Position numbers and translations under genes: made by a program. This document shows, in pieces, positions 54,601 through 61,680 of a stretch of DNA of 64,000 nucleotides. Positions within the stretch are counted from its first letter, which is position 1. Each line of letters starts with the position of its first letter. The stretch is from a virus, in the IMG/VR virus record IMGVR_UViG_3300005100_000002, positions 1 through 64,000 of that record. One strand, 5' to 3'. The notes under the pieces were generated by a model that saw only the letters and a program-made list of their open reading frames with translations, was not told where the DNA came from and did no database searches.

Positions 54601-55028
54601 TCGACACCAGGGACAGCGGGCTTCATTATACCAACGTCTCTCATGCCTTCTGAGACATCAATTATTTTCTGGCCAACCTTTTCGACAACATCTATCCCGC
54701 CTTCAGGATCAAGCGTTTTGATTGCGTGACCTGCTAATTCCCCAAGGGCGGGGATACCACGCGCAACTGCGGCAACTCCGGCTTTTATGACACCAGGTTC
54801 TTTCTCTTTGGCATCTTTTTTTCCAATCGCAACATAATCATCATCAGTCATTCCCTGTGTATAAATATCAGGATGACGATAGCCTTCTAACCTTTTTTGG
54901 ACAATAGCTCTTCCTGCATCCCGGTATTTTTTGGACATCTCGTCCTTCTTGAACTCGCTTGCAAATACCGATTGCCCTGAGAATGTACGTTTTGGTTTTT
55001 CTTTTGTTTCGTAATCAAAAAATGCCAT
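45630..55028 (-). CDS. giant multidomain virion (ejected, polyvalent-type) protein, 3132 aa
   Basis: Single uninterrupted ORF. It contains N-terminal Gly-rich TM segments, a pyrophosphatase-like beta-barrel segment (AGNYKKAHIKVQGFDISIENPEGSKRSG...DGEQIDVFV), a GGDEF-like domain, a Lys/Pro/Glu linker, a zincin HESFGH domain and an ...ILFIEELQSDF... domain. Located in the virion gene block. Confidence 0.85.
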   Translation of the reverse strand: MAFFDYETKEKPKRTFSGQSVFASEFKKDEMSKKYRDAGRAIVQKRLEGYRHPDIYTQGMTDDDYVAIGKKDAKEKEPGVIKAGVAAVARGIPALGELAGHAIKTLDPEGGIDVVEKVGQKIIDVSEGMRDVGIMKPAVPGVEEEGFVRRGIMGGLESTIPSLAPLGVGVGAGALAGSVFGPPGTVIGGLVGGIGATLGIHGLGVYGQKKEEYVQQGIDEKTAHGAAIKQGIIEGGIETVSNLIGMVTFGWGKLAAQPLKTTAKELLKTPVKTFAKNLTKNALLNEVPTEMIQGALGAKVDEEIGLLPEGAWQEAAVESIIPALTMSVLFGVGAQGITSLQRNSVKNQLNSENPEERKKAAEYIAKNIDDKELRQSWADMVEPLIDSGVPIDINADFTQTTSEETGIFRDAVESGQLAEDIKSGEVTIDDMAPVIEKIATQDPALATQITEMFVAEEVEPVEKPISAARDTLLDEGEKGITAKELLTGKALTSEERIKEAAEVFEEAPRRPAEISAEVFEEKITEEKRIKAKAEIEPDINKFLIRGYKPEKIAIPVEVDKEGKGLKTTPDQKRLLKGMTVEEAQTAATQWNDLIEPGMRDVERKARIAEAETLVKERPDLFNLVHGRLNVEDPAKIEAQVREVDASPTEAQIEAGNYKKAHIKVQGFDISIENPEGSKRSGVSPEGKKWSITMSGGHYGYFKRSAGKDGEQIDVFVNAGERKEGDRAYIVDQIDPETGKFDEHKAMVGYPSLEAASEGYLANYEKGWKGLGDITEVSMDDLKTFVEKRQTRPYSKIKKPAVDVEPEIKKPTKIERRKDIARRKLISEMSQEELRAELLINPVTRIPNKRAYQEAEAVDLEKGITKPKAYIDVDSLKYVNDFAGHAAGDELLQTVAKAASEVTPDSYHISGDEFIIRAKTEKEAEALADKLNEKLSGAELEFTNDKGEKYTYKGLGVSYGVHREETEADRLLRKHKEEREAEGLRARRGERPPGLREVDTGEGRRREGEIAEKEIAKLAKPIAPDVAKPKPPEAVREEIEAKPIPEVAPKIEKKKIKAIPEKKEKIKLAPVKKAKIIKPVVPGVKPKVKKEKIEVTPEKEKPVEPKAKESIKVYVDDYVKFENSGGQVFYGDVVKVHKDADTVDILPDGASNPIEMPANMVTGLERGGRYRKRAMVEIKTEEPKVIEEKIEVAPTPEGKEITIDLTKKEEAAVTPKQQKTYLLTEIDKAIEGSLKEAEVESVERARELLKMRINPLQQIDTVFKFEVPNDGTFEIIGSELFDFQKRVESAFPSTIISKKFKPKAPAKKAVPEAKYKKILDVAPEKLKPEDIDRIFEEVADTEVRDLTGAVLLNPFQNWLLSQDISEAVRNKIKSVADKDYIAEAVEKMESQDIEYARVMVQHTHDEMGELQAYYDEHKAGKTTLKEIAEETGIKRSGNQMEQDLLDATDAYAKAAKHFEELTEIKPLFLIRKPYPLVSEASVASELQGHINKITARWKNAPIVEVVQSQSELPKEILKYSEGQIVDGVYFRGKVYIVADNQASPEDAVKTLLHESFGHFGLRAVLGKEFGDIMDKVYSAKEPAIQTIADSYGFDTATYKGRVLAAEEWLSREAVTNPESNWVNKVVAVIRRFMRKIMPSLKMADAELCQLIYDARSYVEIGKPGTGVGIDRALRVPGYQAIKQAERFYSQVIKTVQDKMPAKMQASAVMPWLRKQPGIKAAELEWMDVEAMLEGKKVVVRDELVGLLRENQVVVEEVVKSGDVFYTEEDLDYQGVEKQGNVSFHIFNVPGNVLQLPVSKYKTEKEARDYALTKIKKYDTTKFAQYQLPGEKENYRELLFTLPGKKPLLSKKEYSEYAKLNSYVRQGDKKLTVAELARYEYLKNRYEQIEKEGDAGFVSPHWDEPNVFAHVRTNERTDADGNKILFIEELQSDFALEGRKKGYRGILPAEWTIQEFIPELGENKWEVLNENGIQQFAAPTKREALDGATREAVPDIPFKKNWHEVVLKRIIRMAAEQGMDKVSWVTGQQTADRYDLSKHLESVTILYTKKSGYRIDAFDYDGEKVIAKSNLSVDELQGHVGKDLTDKALSKFGDDDKGTAIFSGLDLKTGGVWTYALYDRMIPQYLKKFGKKDGAEVGATEIDTTGWQSKREYIGDDYTIEDVKKSLVVAKKDGPSVFESPITGERQMFAVNRVQVANELKSLQKEIESGTSFSNAVAMQSNAVAELFGGKIERVSETTTQQSFTITPALKRAALVEGMPLFAKEKPPTDYKELLKKYKAPVKAPIEKPLPADEDVIKTYKEKHIAFEPKKLQLTKQVAKDFIAKVYTKFVFAEFPAIRLAAKAKDPKVIQRIQDQINKVWGKGGIVEVFVAGKGPHRYDEGGKPEYIEGSQSLKEIVKDLSPQEYEDYETLRIAERDIALATFRPDIKGTDIEASSQVVKALEKKYGDNIKKLRDVSKEQRKYDDTLLKLLVEEGWLSKKVYDGIKAKPESEFYASFLREMDTVGEQVHGGKDPLKKIKGSELRKIPTIESSVSNTYKTIKLLETIKLNKKIVELKDLTPDLAEVIEEVQPQYLTKDVPERPGPRGGTKVSIRSPIQPKGTIIVPVDGVKHYWRVPPDVHKAIDYYSPQEMSMAIKILSGPAKLLRAGATLTAEFIMRNPVRDQFSAMVYSKYGYIPFIDFGKGFFELMKKGDLYQEFKAGGGEQSYFTSMDRTTLNLTARDILGFKKGLKTYNPIEYLRIASEVMEKSTRLGVFKRAKDKGATTSEATAAARESTLDFRRIGEERRINQITAFWNANVQGTDILRRKLQKHPGRTLLRLVLGITIPSIALWLFNNSDDERKERYNSLPGWRKNFFWNIVIDKDMPIISLPKPFELGLIFGSLPERIFDYIVLNDPKELETIAHSIVEGVVPGVIPTLPLALIENMTNWSFFMKRPIESETIKRLPPGQRAHQYTSSVLREIGKVTNLSPLKMENWVRGWSGGLGKLGLDIIDPLFETGDVPEVTKDWYRVMPGIRGFISREPIGSAGKDITNFYDNLQRANEAEQGFKVLIKTDRDEAIKFDEKTKGVKVFAKIFRKQSLALGKLRKRKAVVMGSKALSSDKKRDLIETIDTRMSFIAKTQNERFRKFLVAD

Positions 55029-55031
55029 GTG

Positions 55032-55880
55032 CTATCTCCTGGCCGAACCCCATCCTTTTTGTAGTTGTCGATACCTGTCTGTAAGTTTGCCTACACGTGA
55101 TTCCAAAAGAGGATTAGTCGGAAGAAAACTACTACGGTCAAAGGTTTTCTCGCTTGGAGTGATCCCTCTTCTTGCAGTAGGCTTTCTTTTTTTTGGCGGT
55201 TCTGCCGTTGTCATCAGAGGCGTTCTGTCATCAAATCCTACGTCTGCCATTTGTTCCGGAGTGGCCATGCTTTCTTCAAAACCACGCCCGCCGCCTGGGA
55301 TTTCAAACCTTCGCCCACCTGCTGTGGTTACCCGACCGCCGCCGCCAGCTCCACCAGCCGCAGGCATGCCACCGCCACCTGGTTGCTCGCCGCCGCCCCT
55401 TGCATAATCATAATAATCGGTCGTAAGCCCCTCTAATGTAGACTTATAAACCTCGTCTGTCATCGGCTCGCCGGTTGCAGGATTTAATATCTTACCAGTT
55501 AAAGGATCTCGTGTTTTCTCTAATTGCTCCTGTGCATTCTTAAACGCAGATTCTCTTAGGTCCGAACTCTGAACGGCGGTAAGCCCTCCGCGACCAACTC
55601 CTTTCTTTTTCGAGGCTAATTCGGCATACCTGAAACCACCAGGAATATTTCCATATCCGGAAGCGCCGAATTCTCTTTTATGTCGTGTCTCCAGGCCTGC
55701 CTCTTGCATGCCCATTCTTCTGGTTAAGCCTTCTTGTTCTCTTTCTACGCCGGATATACCAGTTCTTGCAGCGGAACCAGCCATCTCTCTTTTAAACTCA
55801 CGCCTTTCACCCCGGAGTTTCTCGCCGTGTGTCTCTCCGTATTTGTCCCTGTATTTATACTTAAGCCCCAAATCCTTCAT
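55032..55880 (-). CDS. Gly-rich internal virion protein candidate
   Basis: Start placed at MKDLGLKYKY, with AAGGGGGGTG upstream. Contains a Gly/Pro-rich stretch, GGGEQPGGGGMPAAGGAGGGGR. Confidence 0.55.
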   Translation of the reverse strand: MKDLGLKYKYRDKYGETHGEKLRGERREFKREMAGSAARTGISGVEREQEGLTRRMGMQEAGLETRHKREFGASGYGNIPGGFRYAELASKKKGVGRGGLTAVQSSDLRESAFKNAQEQLEKTRDPLTGKILNPATGEPMTDEVYKSTLEGLTTDYYDYARGGGEQPGGGGMPAAGGAGGGGRVTTAGGRRFEIPGGGRGFEESMATPEQMADVGFDDRTPLMTTAEPPKKRKPTARRGITPSEKTFDRSSFLPTNPLLESRVGKLTDRYRQLQKGWGSARR

Positions 55881-55893
55881 GATTTCACCCCCC

Positions 55894-57252
55894 TTAAACC
55901 GCCGTTTCGTCGTAAAAATGTGTTTCAGATAGAGACTCAGAATCAGATTCACTATGGGAATAATTACTACTGCTGCCATAGCTACTCGAAGCATGAGCAC
56001 CCAGGCTTGCGCTTGCATTAACAGCGCTTAAGGCCGATGCTGCTATTTGAGCGCTTATAGTCCCACCGGATTTCATTGCATCAGCCGTTAGCTGAAGCGC
56101 ACCAAGATAAGACTGTATTGTCAATTCAGCTTCTTTCAAAGTTAATGATGTCTGATTATTCGCCTGATCAATTTGAGCTTGGTATGTTTTTATTTGAGCG
56201 TCAAGCTCCATAGCAGCAACCTTAACATCGGCCTCATATCCGGCTATCTGATATCCATAGACTTTGGCTACCATCTCGACTATTCCAAGCTCCGCCTGTA
56301 TCTTTGCCTTATAAGCATCAACATCGGCAGTATACGCATCTATAACACCGGCATTTGCCGCCACTGCTGCATCAACCTTTATTTTTTCCGCCTCAACTGT
56401 CAGTTTTGTGCCCTCCGCCCTGGCGACATATGCCTGAACCTTGGTGGTATATAAATCAATAATAACCTGCACAGCAGCTTTGGCATAATCCAGCGCTCTG
56501 TTTGCCACATTGTTAAACTGATCTTTGTCCTGGCCTTCGAGTGCAATTGAGGCATCAATTGAATGGTCAGACTGCGCTCTTGCAAGCCTGGCCTGTTCTA
56601 TCAGGATTTCAAAATTAAGTTGAGCATCTGCCCTGTTTTGTTCGGCCAGAGCCTCGACTAATCTTCCACCCAATGCACCCGGCGGAATGATATAACCACG
56701 GGAGGCAAAAAACTCATTGGCCTCGTCATACGTTCTTTCATTCAGGATCGCCTGTTTATCCCGCCCACGTTCCCACAGAGCGTCCTCTACGGTTGCCCCA
56801 AGGCCAGTACCCCCGTTTTCAATAAAGTCAGTCAAGGCTATCTTTAAGGCATCCTGAAGATCTGATGCGTATACCGATTCATTATATACAAGACTGGTTA
56901 CTTCCGGTTCTACGAGATCGTAGGCTGGGATGGTTATGGTTGGAACTGTTATTGGATTCAGCGTGCCCATAACCGGATCATCAATTATTGGCATTGTCAG
57001 TTCTTCATCAGTCGGAGGCTCAGGTCTGGCGCTGGATATGTCTGAATCGAGAGCTATCGGCTGAAAATCATAAGAGATATCAGAAGACGGCATTACTGCT
57101 GTTGCAAAAAGAGTACTCAAAGAACTAAGATATACCTGAGCTGCGGCAACCTGATCTTCGGCCAATTGTTCGGCAAGGTCAAAGCGTTCGTTAACCATTC
57201 TTGTCGCGTCATCATTTACTTCTTTGACTTCTTCTAATGCGTAGCCGCCCAT
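55894..57252 (-). CDS. coiled-coil virion protein
   Basis: 452 aa with long Ala/Gln/Glu-rich heptad regions. Confidence 0.55.
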   Translation of the reverse strand: MGGYALEEVKEVNDDATRMVNERFDLAEQLAEDQVAAAQVYLSSLSTLFATAVMPSSDISYDFQPIALDSDISSARPEPPTDEELTMPIIDDPVMGTLNPITVPTITIPAYDLVEPEVTSLVYNESVYASDLQDALKIALTDFIENGGTGLGATVEDALWERGRDKQAILNERTYDEANEFFASRGYIIPPGALGGRLVEALAEQNRADAQLNFEILIEQARLARAQSDHSIDASIALEGQDKDQFNNVANRALDYAKAAVQVIIDLYTTKVQAYVARAEGTKLTVEAEKIKVDAAVAANAGVIDAYTADVDAYKAKIQAELGIVEMVAKVYGYQIAGYEADVKVAAMELDAQIKTYQAQIDQANNQTSLTLKEAELTIQSYLGALQLTADAMKSGGTISAQIAASALSAVNASASLGAHASSSYGSSSNYSHSESDSESLSETHFYDETAV

Positions 57253-57264
57253 TTTGGCCTCCTG

Positions 57265-58530
57265 TTATTCCCAATCGTAAGATGCACTTATGTCCATAAT
57301 GTCTCTATGTATTGCCGGATACCAATAGTTAAAAGAATATGGGCGGACACCAGGACAATCGCATGGCAAACATGTTGCAGCCCTTGGACCATCGCTACAG
57401 GCATCGGGGAGCTCTTCATCGCCAATATTTGTAAAAACAGCAGAATGCTCGGCCCCGCCGATGCTGCCCTGAAACACAATTTTGCTATCTTGCGGAACAA
57501 CAGCATTATCGTCATCTACCGTTTCAGAGATAGTCCCACCAGTAACAACGAATTCAGCGCCACGCCCATCATTAGAAAAACTACAAGCTGTCCAATTGCC
57601 GCTGGCTACGGTAGTACAACATATGGTCGCCAGTACAACCCACTCCGATCCATTCCAGCAAACCCCAGATTGATAAGTAATCGTATCTACCACCCATAAT
57701 TTTTCGTGGGCATTCTTCAACCGTGGTTCTTTGTTCCGTAACTTCCACCATACTTGGTATGGAATAGACGCTTCTACTTTTAACGTTTTGGTATAAATGT
57801 CTCCATCTATATAAACATATCCTGATATTTGCGCAAGGTCATCAATAAAATTTGTCCATATAGTTGAACCTCGTCCTGTACCTGTGCACCCAAGTGTCCC
57901 TGTTATGGATACCGGTTCAGTAACTTTCCAGAAAGGGATATCGCCTTCATAGGTTCCCACATGGATTAAATCTTCTGTTTTGTCTTTGTCATCTTCTTTA
58001 TATTTAAACGGATATTGTGTCAAAAGGCCATCATCACAGTTATAGTCTATCCAATAACCATCTGGATCAAAATCGCCTACGTCCGCTATGTTGAATTCCC
58101 AAAATTCGGTTGTTTGGTTATATATAGGCGTAGTGATCGAAACGCCAACATCGTCTGAATTATATACGGATATCGACAACGACAAATCATCGGCTTCAGT
58201 AATAAGCGTTGTTTCACCCCTTGTAAACTTAAATTGGAATCCACAATTTCTCGGCAGCCCGTCCTCAAAGCCGATGACCTTCATGTTGGCTGCGACCGCA
58301 CCTTCTCCAGAATTTGTAACAAGAACCCTGTCATCGGCCGCGAAAGGATTGCCGTCCGCCGTTTCTGAGTCAGGGCAATGATAAAATATCGGGATGTCTG
58401 CAAGCAGGCCATAGATATCAACTGTGACATTTGCCGTATTGTCACCTGCCCCAGCCTCAACGTACGTGCCGGTAAGCACATGAGTTCTGCTTGCATTTTT
58501 GGCTTCTATGGGAATCGTTTCGTAGCTCAA
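57265..58530 (-). CDS. virion structural protein
   Basis: 421-aa ORF in the tail block. Confidence 0.55.
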   Translation of the reverse strand: MSYETIPIEAKNASRTHVLTGTYVEAGAGDNTANVTVDIYGLLADIPIFYHCPDSETADGNPFAADDRVLVTNSGEGAVAANMKVIGFEDGLPRNCGFQFKFTRGETTLITEADDLSLSISVYNSDDVGVSITTPIYNQTTEFWEFNIADVGDFDPDGYWIDYNCDDGLLTQYPFKYKEDDKDKTEDLIHVGTYEGDIPFWKVTEPVSITGTLGCTGTGRGSTIWTNFIDDLAQISGYVYIDGDIYTKTLKVEASIPYQVWWKLRNKEPRLKNAHEKLWVVDTITYQSGVCWNGSEWVVLATICCTTVASGNWTACSFSNDGRGAEFVVTGGTISETVDDDNAVVPQDSKIVFQGSIGGAEHSAVFTNIGDEELPDACSDGPRAATCLPCDCPGVRPYSFNYWYPAIHRDIMDISASYDWE

Positions 58531-59207
58531 TTAACCCCCGCTATCTCTAAAGGCATAATCAAATAAGATCCATCCGCCTCATCGCCTGTCCTGCCTTTTC
58601 GTTCCGTGCCCTTACAGGCTGTACATGTAACATATTCACTGCATTTGCACTTACTCCCTGGTGTCCTTTTCGGTTCATTCAAGGTTGCACTTTTCCAAAC
58701 CCCCCGCATAAAGACAATAACCTTATTGCCGATCTCATATTCTGCAAAATCGGAAGGCAGGCAAATGTATGCACTCCTCTTATCGCCCTGGCAAAGCCTT
58801 ACTTTATATCGAATGCCAATATAATTCTTAACCGCAATATCGCTTGAGTTGCAATAATCCGGATAAATCTCAGCGCCATAATCTCCGACCTTGCCATATT
58901 CCCCGATAACTTCTATGATCTTGCCTTCTGTGAAATAATTGGTACACCAGCAATAAAAGATCTCTACAACTTTCCTTTCTTCCTTGACCGGGGCCTTAAG
59001 AACAGGCACATGAACATTAACCACGTCCTGGCCGTAACAGCTTGAACACTTTATTACCGTCCCGTCGGAAAACCTTGCAATTCGTTGAAGCTGCTGAAGG
59101 TTTTGAAAGGTCATGGCATTCTTTAAGATAGAAAGTTGATGCCTGCCTTCGCCGAGAAGACCTCTCGCCATCTTTTCATTGCCGGTTGTGATATAGCGAA
59201 TCGACAC
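58527..59207 (-). CDS. Cys-rich virion-module protein
   Basis: 226-aa ORF with a 4-nt overlap to the next gene. Confidence 0.5.
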   Translation of the reverse strand: MSIRYITTGNEKMARGLLGEGRHQLSILKNAMTFQNLQQLQRIARFSDGTVIKCSSCYGQDVVNVHVPVLKAPVKEERKVVEIFYCWCTNYFTEGKIIEVIGEYGKVGDYGAEIYPDYCNSSDIAVKNYIGIRYKVRLCQGDKRSAYICLPSDFAEYEIGNKVIVFMRGVWKSATLNEPKRTPGSKCKCSEYVTCTACKGTERKGRTGDEADGSYLIMPLEIAGVN

Positions 59208-59211
59208 ATTT

Positions 59212-59577
59212 TTAACTTGGATCTTTCAGGATCGTAGAAAATGTCCCAAGATTGATTGAATCCGAAGCGCCCAGCACAACTCCTGATGTTAAGTCAGCTA
59301 CAACAGTTAGCGCTGAAGTAATCAGCAACGCCACCTTGGTAGCCGTGCCTGCACTTGTTACCGCAATATTTTTCATATCACTCGCGCTTGACACAAGGCA
59401 TTGCATCTTTCGGCCACCGCCTGCGCCACCATTATCCCCAGCCGCTCCAAAGTTGCCGGCGTCCAGGGTAATGTTGTTAATCAGAATGCCCGACGTTGCC
59501 TTTCTCACCTGCGCTTTGTTGCAGTTGTCAACTATGCCCAGGGCTGCGTCAAAGACTGTATCTGCTATAATGGCCAT
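59212..59577 (-). CDS. hypothetical virion-module protein
   Basis: 121-aa ORF, Ala/Gly/Thr-rich. Confidence 0.5.
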   Translation of the reverse strand: MAIIADTVFDAALGIVDNCNKAQVRKATSGILINNITLDAGNFGAAGDNGGAGGGRKMQCLVSSASDMKNIAVTSAGTATKVALLITSALTVVADLTSGVVLGASDSINLGTFSTILKDPS

Positions 59578-59579
59578 AA

Positions 59580-60350
59580 TTATTTCTCCTTTTGATATAC
59601 GATGTAAGGCTTGAATAAAGGGCCGCCATCTGTAAAGCTTGCGTATGTCTTATCCCCGTTCTTATAAGCGAGATTAACCCATTCCATCATGACATTCGCT
59701 GTTATATGATCAGGCTGAGGCGATCCGAAACCAATACTTGGGAAATTATCAAGAATATATTCCTCAAGCCATTTCTCATCATCTGTCATATCTGGCAGTT
59801 CATTGCTTGGTCCAAGGGCATCTTTTCCGATCTCATATTCGGTACAATATCTTTTCAAAAGCACCGGAGTATCTAATTCTGAAAGATGCTCATCAACCAA
59901 AGCCTTGACTTCCCGATATCGTTCTTGCCCTTCGGCTTCACCACGACAATAGAAATACCCGCCATAATTACCGTACACGGTCTCTCGAAGCTCTATCCCG
60001 CATTTACACGGAACGCCCATCTCGCGCTGGAACTCGTACAACTCAAACAAGCCTTCTACCGTTTTGGGGCGGACAACTACTTTCCAGCATTCACGACACC
60101 GGCTTGGAACGATCTTTAATACATTGTATAAAACTCTATGATAAATATCGCATCGCATGCCGGGCGCAGTTTTGATATAAACCCAGGGCGAATCTATTGC
60201 CATTGACGGCATATTCGGCACGAATTTGCCATCTTCTAAGCGAGCATGATACCCACCGCCTGGCTTAAAGAGTACGTTAAGCCTTTTGACCAGGTTGATC
60301 CTGTCCAGGGCAATGTACAACTTCTTTCGGTTTTTCTTTGTGTTGATCAA
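59580..60350 (-). CDS. hypothetical protein
   Basis: 256-aa ORF with several Cys pairs (CRECW, CKCG). Confidence 0.55.
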   Translation of the reverse strand: MINTKKNRKKLYIALDRINLVKRLNVLFKPGGGYHARLEDGKFVPNMPSMAIDSPWVYIKTAPGMRCDIYHRVLYNVLKIVPSRCRECWKVVVRPKTVEGLFELYEFQREMGVPCKCGIELRETVYGNYGGYFYCRGEAEGQERYREVKALVDEHLSELDTPVLLKRYCTEYEIGKDALGPSNELPDMTDDEKWLEEYILDNFPSIGFGSPQPDHITANVMMEWVNLAYKNGDKTYASFTDGGPLFKPYIVYQKEK

Positions 60351-60401
60351 TTGTTTTTCCTTTTGATTCTACAATCACGTTTTTTGGCTTTAATTCATGG
60401 A

Positions 60402-60872
60402 TCATCGCGGCTTCCTTCCCAAAATTGTCGGTAATAATTCAATAGAGTCTATGGCAAAATATACACCGCTTGTGTTATCAATCCTTATCTGCCAGTACCT
60501 TCCAAGGCCATCCCTGCCTACGCTGACCTTGCCGCTGCTTTGTTTGCTGCCAGATGTCAGTTCCAGTGGATATGTCCTTGAATTGTCTTCATCGTCTTTT
60601 AGTGTGAGCGTTAGGGCTCCGTCTGCTTCACCGCCGATATAGGCAGAGCGTATTCGCTTCATGCTGCTGATCCCAAAATCAGAAATAATCAACTCAAAAA
60701 AAGCGTCAATGTCAACACCGCTGTCATTGTTTCCTGTTAGTTCTAAAATTCCAGCATCAGAAGCCCCAAAAGTTTTCCCGCCAATCTCGCAGAATGAGTT
60801 GAAATTAAAATCGCAAAACTGGCTTACAGCAAAATTGCTTAGATTGATATTAAGGCAAAGTTTGTTAGACAT
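60402..60872 (-). CDS. virion structural protein
   Basis: 156-aa ORF. Confidence 0.5.
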   Translation of the reverse strand: MSNKLCLNINLSNFAVSQFCDFNFNSFCEIGGKTFGASDAGILELTGNNDSGVDIDAFFELIISDFGISSMKRIRSAYIGGEADGALTLTLKDDEDNSRTYPLELTSGSKQSSGKVSVGRDGLGRYWQIRIDNTSGVYFAIDSIELLPTILGRKPR

Positions 60873-60880
60873 GTTTCCCT

Positions 60881-61543
60881 TTAAAACAAAGTAGGTTGAA
60901 AGTGTTTTTCCAATTTATTAGACTTAGAACGATTTTCTTTTTTAAATAATGGCTGAAGGTTTGATAATTCCCACGCTCGTTTACAGTCTGTACAATCTGT
61001 TGAAGTAATATTGTGAATACTTAATGGTTGGATATGATCTATATCCCACACCGTCCCATGATTTTCCCAAGTCATCCCTGGTTTGAATAATTGATTAAAT
61101 CTATTTTTAAACTGCTGTAACGTCCAGCCAACTATGTCTTCCCAGTGACGTCCATTTTTATTTCCTTTAAGGGAACCCCTTATTGCGTTCGACAAACGTT
61201 TAGATATTTTATTTTTGGCATACCCTTTCTTTTGTGTTTCTTTGAATTTTGCAGACTTACGATATTTTCCATTCGCTTTTTTGTATTTTACAGATTGCTG
61301 ATATTTTTTTCTTACTGCTTTACCTTTTTCAGTTTTATAATATTTTTTTTTGGCATCCTTGCTTTTTGCGGTTTGTTGATATTTCTTTTTTTTCTTTTTC
61401 CCTTTTTCGGACTGCCTATATTGTTTGTCGCATTCGCTGTGGCACTTTTTGCAACTACTACTTAAACCATCTTTCTTTTGCTTGTCACTGCAGAAGAATG
61501 CCCCTTCATCAACAGACAAGCCACATTTGGTACATCTCTTCAT
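60881..61543 (-). CDS. HNH homing endonuclease
   Basis: 220 aa. CTKCG...CKKCH zinc ribbon, Lys-rich KKY repeats, then WDIDHIQPLS...NLQPLFKKENRSKSNK. The tail KHFQPTLF matches KHFQPSLIF of 6044..6856. Confidence 0.8.
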   Translation of the reverse strand: MKRCTKCGLSVDEGAFFCSDKQKKDGLSSSCKKCHSECDKQYRQSEKGKKKKKKYQQTAKSKDAKKKYYKTEKGKAVRKKYQQSVKYKKANGKYRKSAKFKETQKKGYAKNKISKRLSNAIRGSLKGNKNGRHWEDIVGWTLQQFKNRFNQLFKPGMTWENHGTVWDIDHIQPLSIHNITSTDCTDCKRAWELSNLQPLFKKENRSKSNKLEKHFQPTLF

Positions 61544-61680
61544 TTGACACCCCCTGTAGGCATCCCTGAAGTTAATAGCGGAAAGCCGGTCAGGATACCG
61601 GCCTTGTCAGGTCATGATTCCCTATCCGCTTAATGAAAATCTTAAAAGATCATACCATTTTTTATTCTATAAATCAAGCT

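Noticed and set aside
45630-55028. The giant ORF as an N4-type virion RNA polymerase
   Set aside because: I could not find the single-subunit RNAP motifs (the T7-like A, B and C motifs). The recognisable domains are a cyclase, a zincin and a pyrophosphatase-like module instead.
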